A stretch of 64,000 nt of DNA from Mycobacteriales bacterium (GTDB lineage: Bacteria; Actinomycetota; Actinomycetes; BP-191): contig DATLOQ010000004.1 in NCBI GenBank assembly GCA_035536235.1, positions 26,922-90,921 on the forward strand. The letters run 5' to 3'. Shown in pieces: positions 52,308-61,628 of the stretch; within the stretch, counting starts at the first letter, position 1, and the number at the start of each line of letters is the position of its first letter. Position numbers and translations under genes: made by a program. The notes under the pieces were generated by a model that saw nothing but the letters and a program-made list of their open reading frames with translations, was not told the DNA's origin and made no database searches.

Positions 52308-55022
52308 ATGGAGGCAGCGGTCCCGTTCGCTCTGCTCTCCGGAGTCCAGCTGCTGTGCGTGGTCGCCTCGCTCGGGCTCGCCGTCGTCGGCGCGGCGCCA
52401 GCCGCTCGACGTCGCTTCGGCGGGGCGCTGGTCCTCGGCGGGCTGCTGCTCGCCGCGTCCCATGTGCTGACCGCGACCCTGCTCGGCGAGGCCGCGGACG
52501 ACTCCGTCGCCCTGCTCCGAGCAGTCGGCTACGTCGCGACGGCGGCGGGTCTCGCGGGGTGGACGACCAGCAGCCTGACAGTGCTTCCCGTCGTAGCGCC
52601 GGTCGGCGCGGGTGCCGGTGCCGCCGGGATTGCCACTGCTGCTGCGGTGCTGGCCGTGGGGGGTTCCTGGCGGGTCGAGCCGGCCGTCCGCCGTTGGCTC
52701 GTGCCCGCGTTCGCTCTCGCCACTGCGGGAGAGGCCGTGTCCGGTGCGGCTGGGGAGCGGGACACCGCGGCCGTCGTCGCTCTGTGCCTGCGCGGCGCCT
52801 GGGCTCTGCTCGTCTTCGTCGCGCTGAGCGAGCTGGCGCGGCGCAGCGTCCGGGCGAAGGTCGTCGGCGCGATCGTGGCCGCGGTCGTCGCCATCGCCGT
52901 CGGCGCCTCCGCGGTCACCGGCACGGTGGTGACGGACGGCTTCAGCGATGACCAGCGCGAGCGCATCAGCGCGGTCGCCCGCGGTGAGGCGGAGAGCCTG
53001 ACGGACACGGCGGAGAGCAATGCCCGCTTCTCCGTGGTGCTGGCCCGATGCGTGGCGAGCGGCCTCCCTGACTGCGACGGTCTCTTCGAACAGCTCCGAC
53101 GCGAAGCGGTGATCTTCACTCCCGTCTTCGCCGCCGACAGCTCCGTCGTCGCCACCGGCCGACTCGACTCGGCGGCTGCGCTCGCGCTCAGCGGCAGTGA
53201 GGCCGTCGACGAGGTGCTGCGGACGGGGGGCACCGTGGCCACCTTGCTGGTCCTCCCCGGCTCGCCCTCCCGGGTCTACGCCGTCGGAGTCACCGCGACT
53301 CGGGCGACACCGCAGTCGCCGGTGAGCGGCGCCACGGCGTACGCCTCGGCGGTGGACGAACCGCGCCTGGTGACCGACTCGTCGAGAGCGGGCTACGACA
53401 TCACCGTTCTCGACCCCGAGGGCAGTGTGCTGGGCTCCAGCCTCGCGGCTCGGGTCCGCGGCCCGGTGGCCGATCTGCTCGGCGAGCGCAAAGTGGTGTC
53501 CTCTCTTGCCGCCGGCTCCGACGGGGTGCTTGTCGACGCAGACGGGTCGCTTCCCACGGTGCACTACACCGCGCTGCGCGATGCCCGGGGCGACCTCATC
53601 GCGGTCCTCGGGCTGTCCGCGCCCTCCGACCAGATCCTGCGCACCCTGCGCAACGTCCTGCGGGTGCTCTTCGGCACGACGCTGCTCATCGGGCTGCTGG
53701 CGGCGGCACTGGCTCTGCTGCTCGCGCGGAGGATCACCCGGCCCATCGAGCAGCTGACGGTGACGGCCAGCCGGATTCGTCGGGGCGACCTGGCTGCGTC
53801 GGCCGACGTGACCTCGACGGACGAGGTCGGCGTGCTGTCGCGGGCCTTCGACGCGATGACCCGGTCGCTGTCCACCAGCAACGACGAGCTGCGGGTGGCA
53901 GCTGCTGAGCAGTCGAATCTGCGGGCGCGGCTGGCGACCATCGTCGACTCGATGGCGGACGGGGTGCTGATCACCGACGGGGCCGGCATCGTCACGGGGC
54001 TCAACCCCGTGGGCGAGGAGCTGCTTGGTCTCGTCCAGACGCAAGCAGTGGGTCGGCCCATCGACGATGTCCTCGTAGGGCAGACGCCGTCCGGGATGAG
54101 TCTTCTCGACGGTGGGTCGGGCGAGTCAGCCGGCGTGCTGCGTCGACCGGACGGCTCGGGCGTCGAGGTCTCGGTCATGCGCACATCGCTGCGCGACGCC
54201 GACGGCAGTGTTGTGGTGCTGCGGGACACCACGCGCGAGGCTCAGGTGGAGCGGATGAAGACGGAGTTCCTCTCCAACGTCAGCCACGAGCTGCGCACCC
54301 CGCTCACCCCGATTCGGGGCTACGCCGAGATCCTGCGACGCCGACCGGACCTGCCCGCGACGAAGACGCAGCAATACGCCGGCTCCATACTCGAGGCGAG
54401 TCTGCGGATGTCCCGCGTCGTCGATCTGCTCGTCGATGTGGCCGCGATCGAAGCGGGGCGGGTCGTGCCCGCGCCCGCGGCCATCAACGTCGGTGGGCTC
54501 GTCGACCGGCGCCTCGCGGCCTGGCAGGCGCGCGCACCCGAGGTCACCCTTCGCCGGCGCGTGGCGGCCGGGCTGCCAGCTGTCCTCGTTGACGAAGAGT
54601 GGGTCGGCAAGGCAGTCGACGAGCTGGTCGACAACGCCGCTAAGTACGGTGGCGGCGGACCCATCACGCTCAGTGCGGGGATGGAGGGGCGACGCGTGCG
54701 GCTGTCCGTGCGCGACTCGGGGCCCGGTATCTCCGCGACAGCGCAGCGAGCGCTCTTCAGCGACTTCGAGCAAGTAGACGGATCGGCCACGCGGTCGGTT
54801 GGTGGTCTTGGGCTAGGGCTGTCCTTCGTACGCCGGGTCGCCGAGAGCTTCGGGCTGACCGTGGGGTTCAGCAGCGCAGCCGGCAAGGGCGCGACGTTCT
54901 GGCTCGACCTGCCGGCCGCCCCCGCATCGGCCCGCGCGGCCCGCAGCGCGCCGGCCCGCCCCCGTCGTCCGGTCACCCGTCGCACCACCGCCACCGCTAC
55001 GTCGAGCCGAGGCCACCCATGA
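52308..55022 (+). CDS. Multi-TM sensor histidine kinase (HAMP-PAS-HisKA-HATPase)
   Basis: About 6-8 N-terminal TM helices, HAMP (RRITRPIEQLT), a PAS region, H-box SHELRTPLTPIRGY, N-box DNAAKYG, and G-boxes DSGPGI / GGLGLGLS. Confidence 0.85.
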   Translation: MEAAVPFALLSGVQLLCVVASLGLAVVGAAPAARRRFGGALVLGGLLLAASHVLTATLLGEAADDSVALLRAVGYVATAAGLAGWTTSSLTVLPVVAPVGAGAGAAGIATAAAVLAVGGSWRVEPAVRRWLVPAFALATAGEAVSGAAGERDTAAVVALCLRGAWALLVFVALSELARRSVRAKVVGAIVAAVVAIAVGASAVTGTVVTDGFSDDQRERISAVARGEAESLTDTAESNARFSVVLARCVASGLPDCDGLFEQLRREAVIFTPVFAADSSVVATGRLDSAAALALSGSEAVDEVLRTGGTVATLLVLPGSPSRVYAVGVTATRATPQSPVSGATAYASAVDEPRLVTDSSRAGYDITVLDPEGSVLGSSLAARVRGPVADLLGERKVVSSLAAGSDGVLVDADGSLPTVHYTALRDARGDLIAVLGLSAPSDQILRTLRNVLRVLFGTTLLIGLLAAALALLLARRITRPIEQLTVTASRIRRGDLAASADVTSTDEVGVLSRAFDAMTRSLSTSNDELRVAAAEQSNLRARLATIVDSMADGVLITDGAGIVTGLNPVGEELLGLVQTQAVGRPIDDVLVGQTPSGMSLLDGGSGESAGVLRRPDGSGVEVSVMRTSLRDADGSVVVLRDTTREAQVERMKTEFLSNVSHELRTPLTPIRGYAEILRRRPDLPATKTQQYAGSILEASLRMSRVVDLLVDVAAIEAGRVVPAPAAINVGGLVDRRLAAWQARAPEVTLRRRVAAGLPAVLVDEEWVGKAVDELVDNAAKYGGGGPITLSAGMEGRRVRLSVRDSGPGISATAQRALFSDFEQVDGSATRSVGGLGLGLSFVRRVAESFGLTVGFSSAAGKGATFWLDLPAAPASARAARSAPARPRRPVTRRTTATATSSRGHP

Positions 55023-55738
55023 CAGTCGACGAACGACGTGCCGCAAGGCGCGAGGCCTTGGCGCGGGTAGCTGCCGGCCATCGGCCGCTGGTCGCGATCT
55101 TCGCCGACCTGCGCGGTGAGCTAGCCGACCCACCACCGATCGAGGCGGAGCCGGCGGGCGATGCGCCGGCTGCATCGCGTGGGGGTCAGGTTGCGGCTCT
55201 CGAGCAGTCGTTGCGCATGACGCTGGAGGCCATCAGAGAGCGAGCCGCCGGGGGCGGCCCCGATGAGGTAGCGCCCGGTGACCCGCAGGACATCGCGCTG
55301 TGGTTCGCGGTCGATGCCGAGCCGGTGCTCGTCGAGCTCGCCGACACCGGCGCCCGGCGGCTCACCGCGGAGCGATCGCTCGGTGCCGTACCCGACGTCG
55401 GAGACGCTGGAGTCGACGCCGCAGCGATCGCGCTCGCGGCGCTGGCCGGCGACGTCGTCCAGGCATCAGGCGGGGAACGCACCGACGGTTTCGACGTGGT
55501 GTCCCGGGAGGTGCTTCCCGCGGCGGCAGCTCGGCTCACGGCCGTCGCCGTCAACGCCGGATATGCCGCTGCCGCGCGCGCTGCCGGGCTCCGTCCGCAC
55601 CAGCGGTTCGGGGAGCCGTACTGTCCGGCCGCGAGCTGCTACGGCCAGGACCACCGGCTGCTGGACGAGTTCGTCATCGCGGCAGCCGGCGTGCCGCCGT
55701 ACGCCGATGACTGCAACTGCACGATCGTCCTCGACTGA
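55019..55738 (+). CDS. Hypothetical protein with its start overlapping the kinase stop (ATGA); C-terminal Cys cluster
   Basis: ATGA overlap with the kinase stop. The C-terminus YCPAASCYGQDHRLLDEFV...VPPYADDCNCTIVLD is faintly reminiscent of the phage MuF/SPP1-gp7 PPxHxxCRC motif. Confidence 0.5.
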   Translation: MTVDERRAARREALARVAAGHRPLVAIFADLRGELADPPPIEAEPAGDAPAASRGGQVAALEQSLRMTLEAIRERAAGGGPDEVAPGDPQDIALWFAVDAEPVLVELADTGARRLTAERSLGAVPDVGDAGVDAAAIALAALAGDVVQASGGERTDGFDVVSREVLPAAAARLTAVAVNAGYAAAARAAGLRPHQRFGEPYCPAASCYGQDHRLLDEFVIAAAGVPPYADDCNCTIVLD

Positions 55739-55835
55739 CCCGGGCACCGTGACGGGGAGCTTCGTGTAGAAGGCGGCCAGGGTGATCGACTAGGTTCGCC
55801 TCGACGGGAGCCGCTCGGCTCCCGACCGACCCGAG

Positions 55836-58718
55836 GTGTCGCCTGTGGCCGTTCGGCCCGCCCCATCCCGTCCTGGTCTGTTCTTCCCGGCCCTGCTGTT
55901 CGTCGTGCTGCTCTTCATCGTGCTCTTCGTGGGCAGCGGCATCTACACCGATGTCCTGTGGTTCCGCGAGGTCGGGTTCAGCGACGTGTACTCGACGGTG
56001 CTGCGGACACGGCTGACCCTCTTCGCGCTGTTCGGACTCACCATGGCCGCGATCGTGGCTGCCAATGTGGTCATCGCGCACCGGCTGCGTCCCACATTCC
56101 GACCACCGTCGCTAGAGCAGCGCAACCTCGATCGCTATCGGCTCCTGGTCCAGCCCTACCAGCGGGCAGTGCTGCTCACCGTCACCGGGCTGCTGGGCCT
56201 CATCTCCGGGCTGGGCGCGTCGAGCAGCTGGCGAATCTGGCTGCAGTGGCGCAACGCGACGAGCTTCGGCATGACGGACGCCCAGTTCGACCGCGACGTG
56301 TCGTTCTACGCCTTCACCTATCCCTTCCTCCGCTTCCTCCTCGGCTTCGGCTTCGCTGTCCTGATCCTCGCCCTCATCGCCTCGACGGTGACCCATTACC
56401 TCTACGGCGGCATCCGCCTGCAGACCCCCGGGGAGAAGGTCACCGCGGCTGCCAAAGCGCATCTGTCGGTGCTGCTCGGGCTCATCGTGCTGCTGAAGGG
56501 AGTGGCTTACTTCGTCGACCAGTACGGCTTGATGTTCTCGCTCCGTGGGGTGGTGCAAGGCGCTTCGTACACCGATGTCAACGCGAAGCTGCCGGCCTTG
56601 CGCATCCTGGTGGTGATCGCGGTGATCTGCGCCGGGTTGTTCATCGCCAACCTGCGCTCGCGTGGCTTCGCCCTGCCCGCGACCGGCTTCGCCTTGCTGC
56701 TGCTCTCGGCCGTCGCCATCGGCGGGATCTACCCGGCGGTAGTGCAGAAGTTCCGCGTGGAGCCGGACGAGCTGGCGCGGGAGACGAAGTTCATCGAGCG
56801 CAACCGCGAGGCGACTCTGACGGCGTATGGACTCGACCAGGTCGAGTACACGCCCTACTCCGGTGCGGGGACCGGCTCTTCTGCCGATCTGCGCAGCGAC
56901 AAGGGCACGCTGCCGTTCGTGCGGCTCCTCGACCCCAACAAGCTGCAGCCGGTCTTCGAGCAGCGCCAGCAGCGTCGGGCCTACTACGGGTTCGCCGACA
57001 CCCTTGATGTCGACCGCTACACCGTCAGCGGGAAGACGGACACTTACGTGCTCGCTGCGAGGGAGCTCGACGAGCTCGGCATCCCGGGCGGCGCGAGCTG
57101 GGTCAACCGACGGCTCATCTACACCCACGGGTTCGGCTTCGTGGCGGCGCCGGCCGACGAGGTCGACGAGCAAGGCGAGCCGATCTACTCGTCGTCGTTC
57201 GACGCCGGCGGGGCGATCTCCGTCGACCAGCCGCGCATCTACTACGGCGAGAAGTCGCCGAGCTACTCGGTCGTGAAGACGAAGCAGTCGGAGATCGACC
57301 GACCGAGCGACGAGGCTGAGGCCACCAAGTTCCAGTACGACGGCAAGGGCGGCGTGGGCATCGGCGGACTGGGCCGCAAGCTGGCCTACGCCCTGAAGTT
57401 CCGCGAGCGCAACCTGCTGCTCTCCGGGGCCCTGACGGAGGACTCGCGGATCCTCTACATCCGCAACCCGCGGGAGCGGGTCGCCAAGGTGGCGCCGTAC
57501 CTCGAGCTCGACTCCGATCCGTACCCGGTGGCCGTCGACGGGCGCGTCCTCTGGGTGGTCGACGGCTACACGACGACCGCAGGATTCCCCTACGCCCAGC
57601 GCATCGGCTTCGGAGACGTGACGCTGGACTCGCGAGGGCTCTCGCAGGTGCAGGAGCAGATCAACTACATCCGCAACTCGGTCAAGGCAACCGTCGACGC
57701 GTACGACGGCACGGTGACGCTCTACCGCTGGGACGACAAGGACCCGGTGCTGCGCACCTGGGAGAAGGTCTTCCCGGGCTCGCTTACCGACCGCGAGGAG
57801 ATCTCGCCCGAGCTGCTCGCGCACGTGCGCTACCCCGAGGACCTCTTCAAGGTGCAGCGCGAGCTGCTGTCGCGCTATCACGTGAAGACGGCAAGCCAGC
57901 TCTTCAGCGGCAACGACAACTGGAGTGTGCCGGCCGACCCGACCGTCGAGACCGGTGCGCCGCAGCCGCCGTACTACCAGTTCCTGCAGCTGCCCGGCGA
58001 CAGCAAGCCGCGCTTCCACGTCACGTCGCCGCTCGCTGCCGCCAACCGGCCCAACCTTGCCGCGTTCATCGCTGCCTCGAGCGATCCCGAGCCGGGCGAG
58101 TACGGCCGGCTCCGGGTCTTCGAGCTGCCAACGAGCACCAACGTGCCCGCACCGAAGCAGCGGGCCGGCACCTTCCAGAGCGATCCCGTGGCGTCGCAGC
58201 AGCTCGCGCTCCTCGGACAGCAGGGCTCCGAGACCATCTTCGGCAACCTGCTGACGCTGCCCATCGGCGGGTCGCTCGTCTACATCCAGCCGGTCTACGT
58301 GCAGTCGGACAGCACCGACAAGATCCCGCAGCTCAAACGGGTGTTCGTCGGCGCGGGTCAGAAGGTGGGCTTCGGCACGACCCTCGCGGAGGCGCTCGAC
58401 CAAGTCTTCGGCAAGGGCGCTGTCGGCGCGCCGTCACCGGGACCGGGCCCCGCGCCCGGGCCGACGACGCCGGGCGATGCGAACATTGAGCTGCAGCGAG
58501 CACTCGACGACGCGGCCAAGGCCATCGCCGACAGTGACGCCGCGCTGAAGGCGGGCGACTTCGCGGCGTACGGCGCCGCGCAGGAGCGCTTGAAGGCGGC
58601 AGTGGCTCGCGCGGTGCGGGCCAGCTCGAGCGGGCGGTCGAGTGGTTCCGGCTCGGCGAGTCGGTCGGCCTCTCCTTCGCCCGCGGCCCGCCCGTCCGCG
58701 AGCCCGACCTCGCGCTGA
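55836..58718 (+). CDS. UPF0182 family large integral membrane protein
   Basis: IYTDVLWFREVGFSDVY, seven predicted TM helices, and a large extracytoplasmic domain with motifs YIRNSVKATVDAYDG and IFGNLLTLPIGG. Confidence 0.9.
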   Translation: MSPVAVRPAPSRPGLFFPALLFVVLLFIVLFVGSGIYTDVLWFREVGFSDVYSTVLRTRLTLFALFGLTMAAIVAANVVIAHRLRPTFRPPSLEQRNLDRYRLLVQPYQRAVLLTVTGLLGLISGLGASSSWRIWLQWRNATSFGMTDAQFDRDVSFYAFTYPFLRFLLGFGFAVLILALIASTVTHYLYGGIRLQTPGEKVTAAAKAHLSVLLGLIVLLKGVAYFVDQYGLMFSLRGVVQGASYTDVNAKLPALRILVVIAVICAGLFIANLRSRGFALPATGFALLLLSAVAIGGIYPAVVQKFRVEPDELARETKFIERNREATLTAYGLDQVEYTPYSGAGTGSSADLRSDKGTLPFVRLLDPNKLQPVFEQRQQRRAYYGFADTLDVDRYTVSGKTDTYVLAARELDELGIPGGASWVNRRLIYTHGFGFVAAPADEVDEQGEPIYSSSFDAGGAISVDQPRIYYGEKSPSYSVVKTKQSEIDRPSDEAEATKFQYDGKGGVGIGGLGRKLAYALKFRERNLLLSGALTEDSRILYIRNPRERVAKVAPYLELDSDPYPVAVDGRVLWVVDGYTTTAGFPYAQRIGFGDVTLDSRGLSQVQEQINYIRNSVKATVDAYDGTVTLYRWDDKDPVLRTWEKVFPGSLTDREEISPELLAHVRYPEDLFKVQRELLSRYHVKTASQLFSGNDNWSVPADPTVETGAPQPPYYQFLQLPGDSKPRFHVTSPLAAANRPNLAAFIAASSDPEPGEYGRLRVFELPTSTNVPAPKQRAGTFQSDPVASQQLALLGQQGSETIFGNLLTLPIGGSLVYIQPVYVQSDSTDKIPQLKRVFVGAGQKVGFGTTLAEALDQVFGKGAVGAPSPGPGPAPGPTTPGDANIELQRALDDAAKAIADSDAALKAGDFAAYGAAQERLKAAVARAVRASSSGRSSGSGSASRSASPSPAARPSASPTSR

Positions 58719-58813
58719 CGGCCGGCACCCGCCGCTTCAACTCCGCACGTGGCCGAGACACGCGGCGCGTGTCACCGGACGAATGCGGAGTTCAGGCGTT
58801 GAGTACTCACGGT

Positions 58814-58842
58814 TTGCCCCTCGGTCGGCGGCCGCCTAGACT
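58814..58842 (+). promoter_or_regulatory. Candidate sigmaA promoter of tRNA-fMet
   Basis: TTGCCC (58814-58819), 17-nt spacer, TAGACT (58837-58842). The mature 5' end is 12 nt downstream. Confidence 0.4.
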
Positions 58843-58853
58843 GGAGTTACCGA

Positions 58854-58927
58854 CGCGGGGTGGAGCAGCTCGGTAGCTCGCTGGGCTCATAACCCAGAGG
58901 TCGCAGGTTCAAATCCTGCCCCCGCTA
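58854..58927 (+). tRNA. metU: Initiator tRNA-fMet (anticodon CAT)
   Basis: Cloverleaf folded by hand. Acceptor CGCGGGG/CCCCGCT with a C1-U72 mismatch. Anticodon stem CTGGG/CCCAG has three G-C pairs next to the loop. Anticodon loop CTCATAA, CAT at 58888-58890. T-loop TTCAAAT. CCA is not encoded. Confidence 0.9.
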
Positions 58928-58942
58928 CAAAGGAACGCGCAG

Positions 58943-58975
58943 GTCAGGGTCATGATCAACGATCATGGCCCTGAC
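58943..58975 (+). terminator. Strong hairpin immediately downstream of tRNA-fMet
   Basis: 15-bp stem GTCAGGGTCATGATC / GATCATGGCCCTGAC (one G-U pair), AAC loop, followed by TGCTTTC. Confidence 0.55.
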
Positions 58976-59538
58976 TGCTTTCAAGCTCGTTCCAGATTCG
59001 TCCCAGAAGTGCCCCGCTGCTTGAGCCCGGCTCGATGGGCTCGGGTGGCACCGAGTAGCACCGACCGGTTACGACAAAAAGCTGGGTGTGCGTTCCGGCG
59101 CGTCGGACGAATGCTGATCTTGGTTGCTCGAGTCACGTGGACAGCGACTCCGACTGGACCGCACCGACTCCGTGTTCAGGAGTCCGGAATCACTACCTGC
59201 TTCTGCCGCCGCTGAGCAGCCGAGACGACGAGCGGCTGAATTTGGTGCTCGCGCTCTGCGCCTGCTGAGTACGGCTCCCTGCGCTCGAAGGCGCGCCGCT
59301 TCGGCCTAGGGCACGTCGCCACGGAGCCAACGGGTCCTACCGAGCCATTGCCGCGTCTCATGGCCATGTCTGCGCGTCAGCAGCTGGAAAGGTCCTGGCT
59401 TGTGAACGCGAGCCAGGTTCACCGCGACGCCGGGAGGCGCTCGCAGTGCGTCGCGCGCTGCGGAGGGCAGGCAGTGAAGCCGACCCCCGGTCGCCCGCAT
59501 AGGGTGGCGCCGTACGAGGACCCCGGGATGGAGGCGAC

Positions 59539-61380
59539 ATGCGGGATCCCCAGCAGTGGCGTGACCTCGGCCAGCAGCTGCGCATCGACTCCGTGCGGGC
59601 CGCCGCGGCCGCGGGGTCTGGGCACCCGACGTCGTCGATGTCGGCCGCCGACTTGGTCGCAGTGCTCGTGGCCGGCGGGCACCTGCGCTACGACTTTGAC
59701 GCGCCGGAGGACCCGGCGAACGACCACCTCGTCTTCTCCAAGGGACATGCGTCTCCTCTGCTGTACTCGCTCTACCGTGCGGTCGGCGCCATCACAGACG
59801 ATGAGCTGCTGTCGTTTCGCAAACTCGGCAGCCGGCTTCAGGGCCACCCGACGCCGGAGATCCCGTGGGTCGACGTCGCGACCGGGTCACTCGGGCAGGG
59901 TCTCCCGATCGCAGTTGGCATTGCGCTCGCGGCACTCCGGCTGGACCGGATGGACAGCCGTGCGTGGGTGCTCTGCGGCGACAGCGAGATGGCGGAGGGC
60001 TCGATGTGGGAGGCGGTCGCGCACGCCGGGCACGTCCACCTCGACAACCTCGTCGCGGTCATCGACGTAAACCGGCTTGGGCAGCGCGGCGAGACGATGG
60101 AGGGTTGGGACACCAGTGCCTACGCCCGGCGGCTCGAGGCGTTCGGATGGCGTGTGCTAGAGGTCGACGGCCACGACGTCGTGGCCCTCGACGAAGCATT
60201 CGCGGCCGCGACGAGCCCCGACGGCCGGCCTGTCGCGGTTGTGGCGCGGACGTTGAAGGGCAAGGGAGTCGGCTCGGTCGAGGACAAGCCGGACTGGCAC
60301 GGCAAGGCGATCACAGGCGTCGAGTCCGCTGTCGCCGAGCTCGGCGGCCGCCGCGACATTGTGGTCCGCCCATCCGCGCCCGCACGCGGCGCGCAGCCCT
60401 ACCAGTACCCCACGAAGGACGCCGACCCGCCGACGTGGGAGGTCGGAGCCAAGGTCGCCACGCGGCAGGCGTACGGCGCGGCACTGGCGGCCCTCGGGCA
60501 TGCGGACGGGCGAGTGGTCGCGCTGGACGCGGAGGTCAGCAACTCCACTTACGCGATCACATTCCAGCAGGAGCACCCTGATCGGTTCTTCGAGATGTGG
60601 ATCGCCGAGCAGCTGATGGTTGCCGCTGCGGTGGGAATGCAGGTCCGCGGCTGGCGACCGTTCGCGTCGACGTTCGCGGCCTTCCTCGCGCGCGCCTACG
60701 ACTTCGTCCGCATGGCTGCGATTAGCCAGGCCGACATCCGGCTGGTCGGGTCGCACGCCGGCGTGTCGATCGGTGAGGACGGACCGTCGCAGATGGCCTT
60801 GGAGGACCTGGCCTGCTTCCGCGCGGTCCACGGCAGCACCGTCCTTTACCCGAGCGACGCCAACCAGACAGCGCAGCTCGTCGCGCAGATGGCGGAGACG
60901 AAGGGAATCTCCTACCTGCGGACGACGCGGGAGGCGACCGCGGTGCTGTACGACGCTGCCACGCGTTTCCACATCGGTGGCTCGCACGTCCTGCGCGCGT
61001 CGGACGCCGATGCCGTCACAGTCGTCGCCGCCGGCATCACGCTGCACGAGGCACTTGCCGCCGCCGACACGCTCGCGGCGGAGGGGATCACGGTCCGCGT
61101 GATCGATCTCTACTCGGTGAAACCAGTCGACGTCGCGACTCTGCGCCGCGCGACCGAGGAGACTGCTGCCCTGGTCACTGTCGAGGACCACTGGGGGGAG
61201 GGCGGGATTGGCGATGCCGTGCTCAGTGCACTCGCGGAGGCCGGCGTTGCCGCGCGCGTCCATAAGCTCGCCGTTCGCATGCTGCCGGGCTCGGGCACGC
61301 CGGCCGAGATGCTCCGCGTCGCAGGCATCGACCGGACGGCCATCGCCGACGCCCTCCGCTCAGTCGTCGCGGGCCGCTGA
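59539..61380 (+). CDS. tkt: Transketolase (single-chain, about 613 aa form)
   Basis: GSGHPTSSMSAADL, the TPP motif GDSEMAEGSMWEA, and pyrimidine-binding plus C-terminal domains (IAEQLMVAAAVG, VEDHWGEGGIG). Confidence 0.9.
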   Translation: MRDPQQWRDLGQQLRIDSVRAAAAAGSGHPTSSMSAADLVAVLVAGGHLRYDFDAPEDPANDHLVFSKGHASPLLYSLYRAVGAITDDELLSFRKLGSRLQGHPTPEIPWVDVATGSLGQGLPIAVGIALAALRLDRMDSRAWVLCGDSEMAEGSMWEAVAHAGHVHLDNLVAVIDVNRLGQRGETMEGWDTSAYARRLEAFGWRVLEVDGHDVVALDEAFAAATSPDGRPVAVVARTLKGKGVGSVEDKPDWHGKAITGVESAVAELGGRRDIVVRPSAPARGAQPYQYPTKDADPPTWEVGAKVATRQAYGAALAALGHADGRVVALDAEVSNSTYAITFQQEHPDRFFEMWIAEQLMVAAAVGMQVRGWRPFASTFAAFLARAYDFVRMAAISQADIRLVGSHAGVSIGEDGPSQMALEDLACFRAVHGSTVLYPSDANQTAQLVAQMAETKGISYLRTTREATAVLYDAATRFHIGGSHVLRASDADAVTVVAAGITLHEALAAADTLAAEGITVRVIDLYSVKPVDVATLRRATEETAALVTVEDHWGEGGIGDAVLSALAEAGVAARVHKLAVRMLPGSGTPAEMLRVAGIDRTAIADALRSVVAGR

Positions 61381-61628
61381 CGCCATCGACCAGGTCGCTT
61401 TCCGGCGCCGTCACCGACACCCCAAGCCGGCCCCCTCGCCATCTAGCACGCGAGAGCGAAGGCGCTGGTTTTCCCCGTCACAGGCTTGATGGAGCTCCCA
61501 AGTCTCATCCCGCACATGGGTCGACCTGCCGCACCGAGCCCGAACTGGGTGCTCGTCGCTCCACCGGTGCATACCCCGCGCTGCAAATCATCGGGTGCGA
61601 CAATCCGGTTCGGACTCTGGGGGAGCCG

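Noticed and set aside
51837-54044. 735-aa ORF on the minus strand
   Set aside because: It is antisense to the PDZ-Lon protease 3' end and the histidine kinase, both of which have canonical motifs on the plus strand. The composition is Arg/Gly/Pro-rich low complexity.
56112-58403. 763-aa ORF on the minus strand
   Set aside because: It is antisense to the well-supported UPF0182 membrane protein gene. The translation is Arg/Val/Asp/Leu-rich with no domain signature.
58952-59500. Short ORFs after the tRNA, and a search for an integrase, att repeat, or riboswitch upstream of transketolase
   Set aside because: The ORF translations are Arg/Cys/Pro-rich with no motif. I found no tyrosine- or serine-recombinase motifs, no repeat of the tRNA 3' end inside the window, and no match to the riboswitch consensus sequences I know (TPP, SAM-IV, and others).
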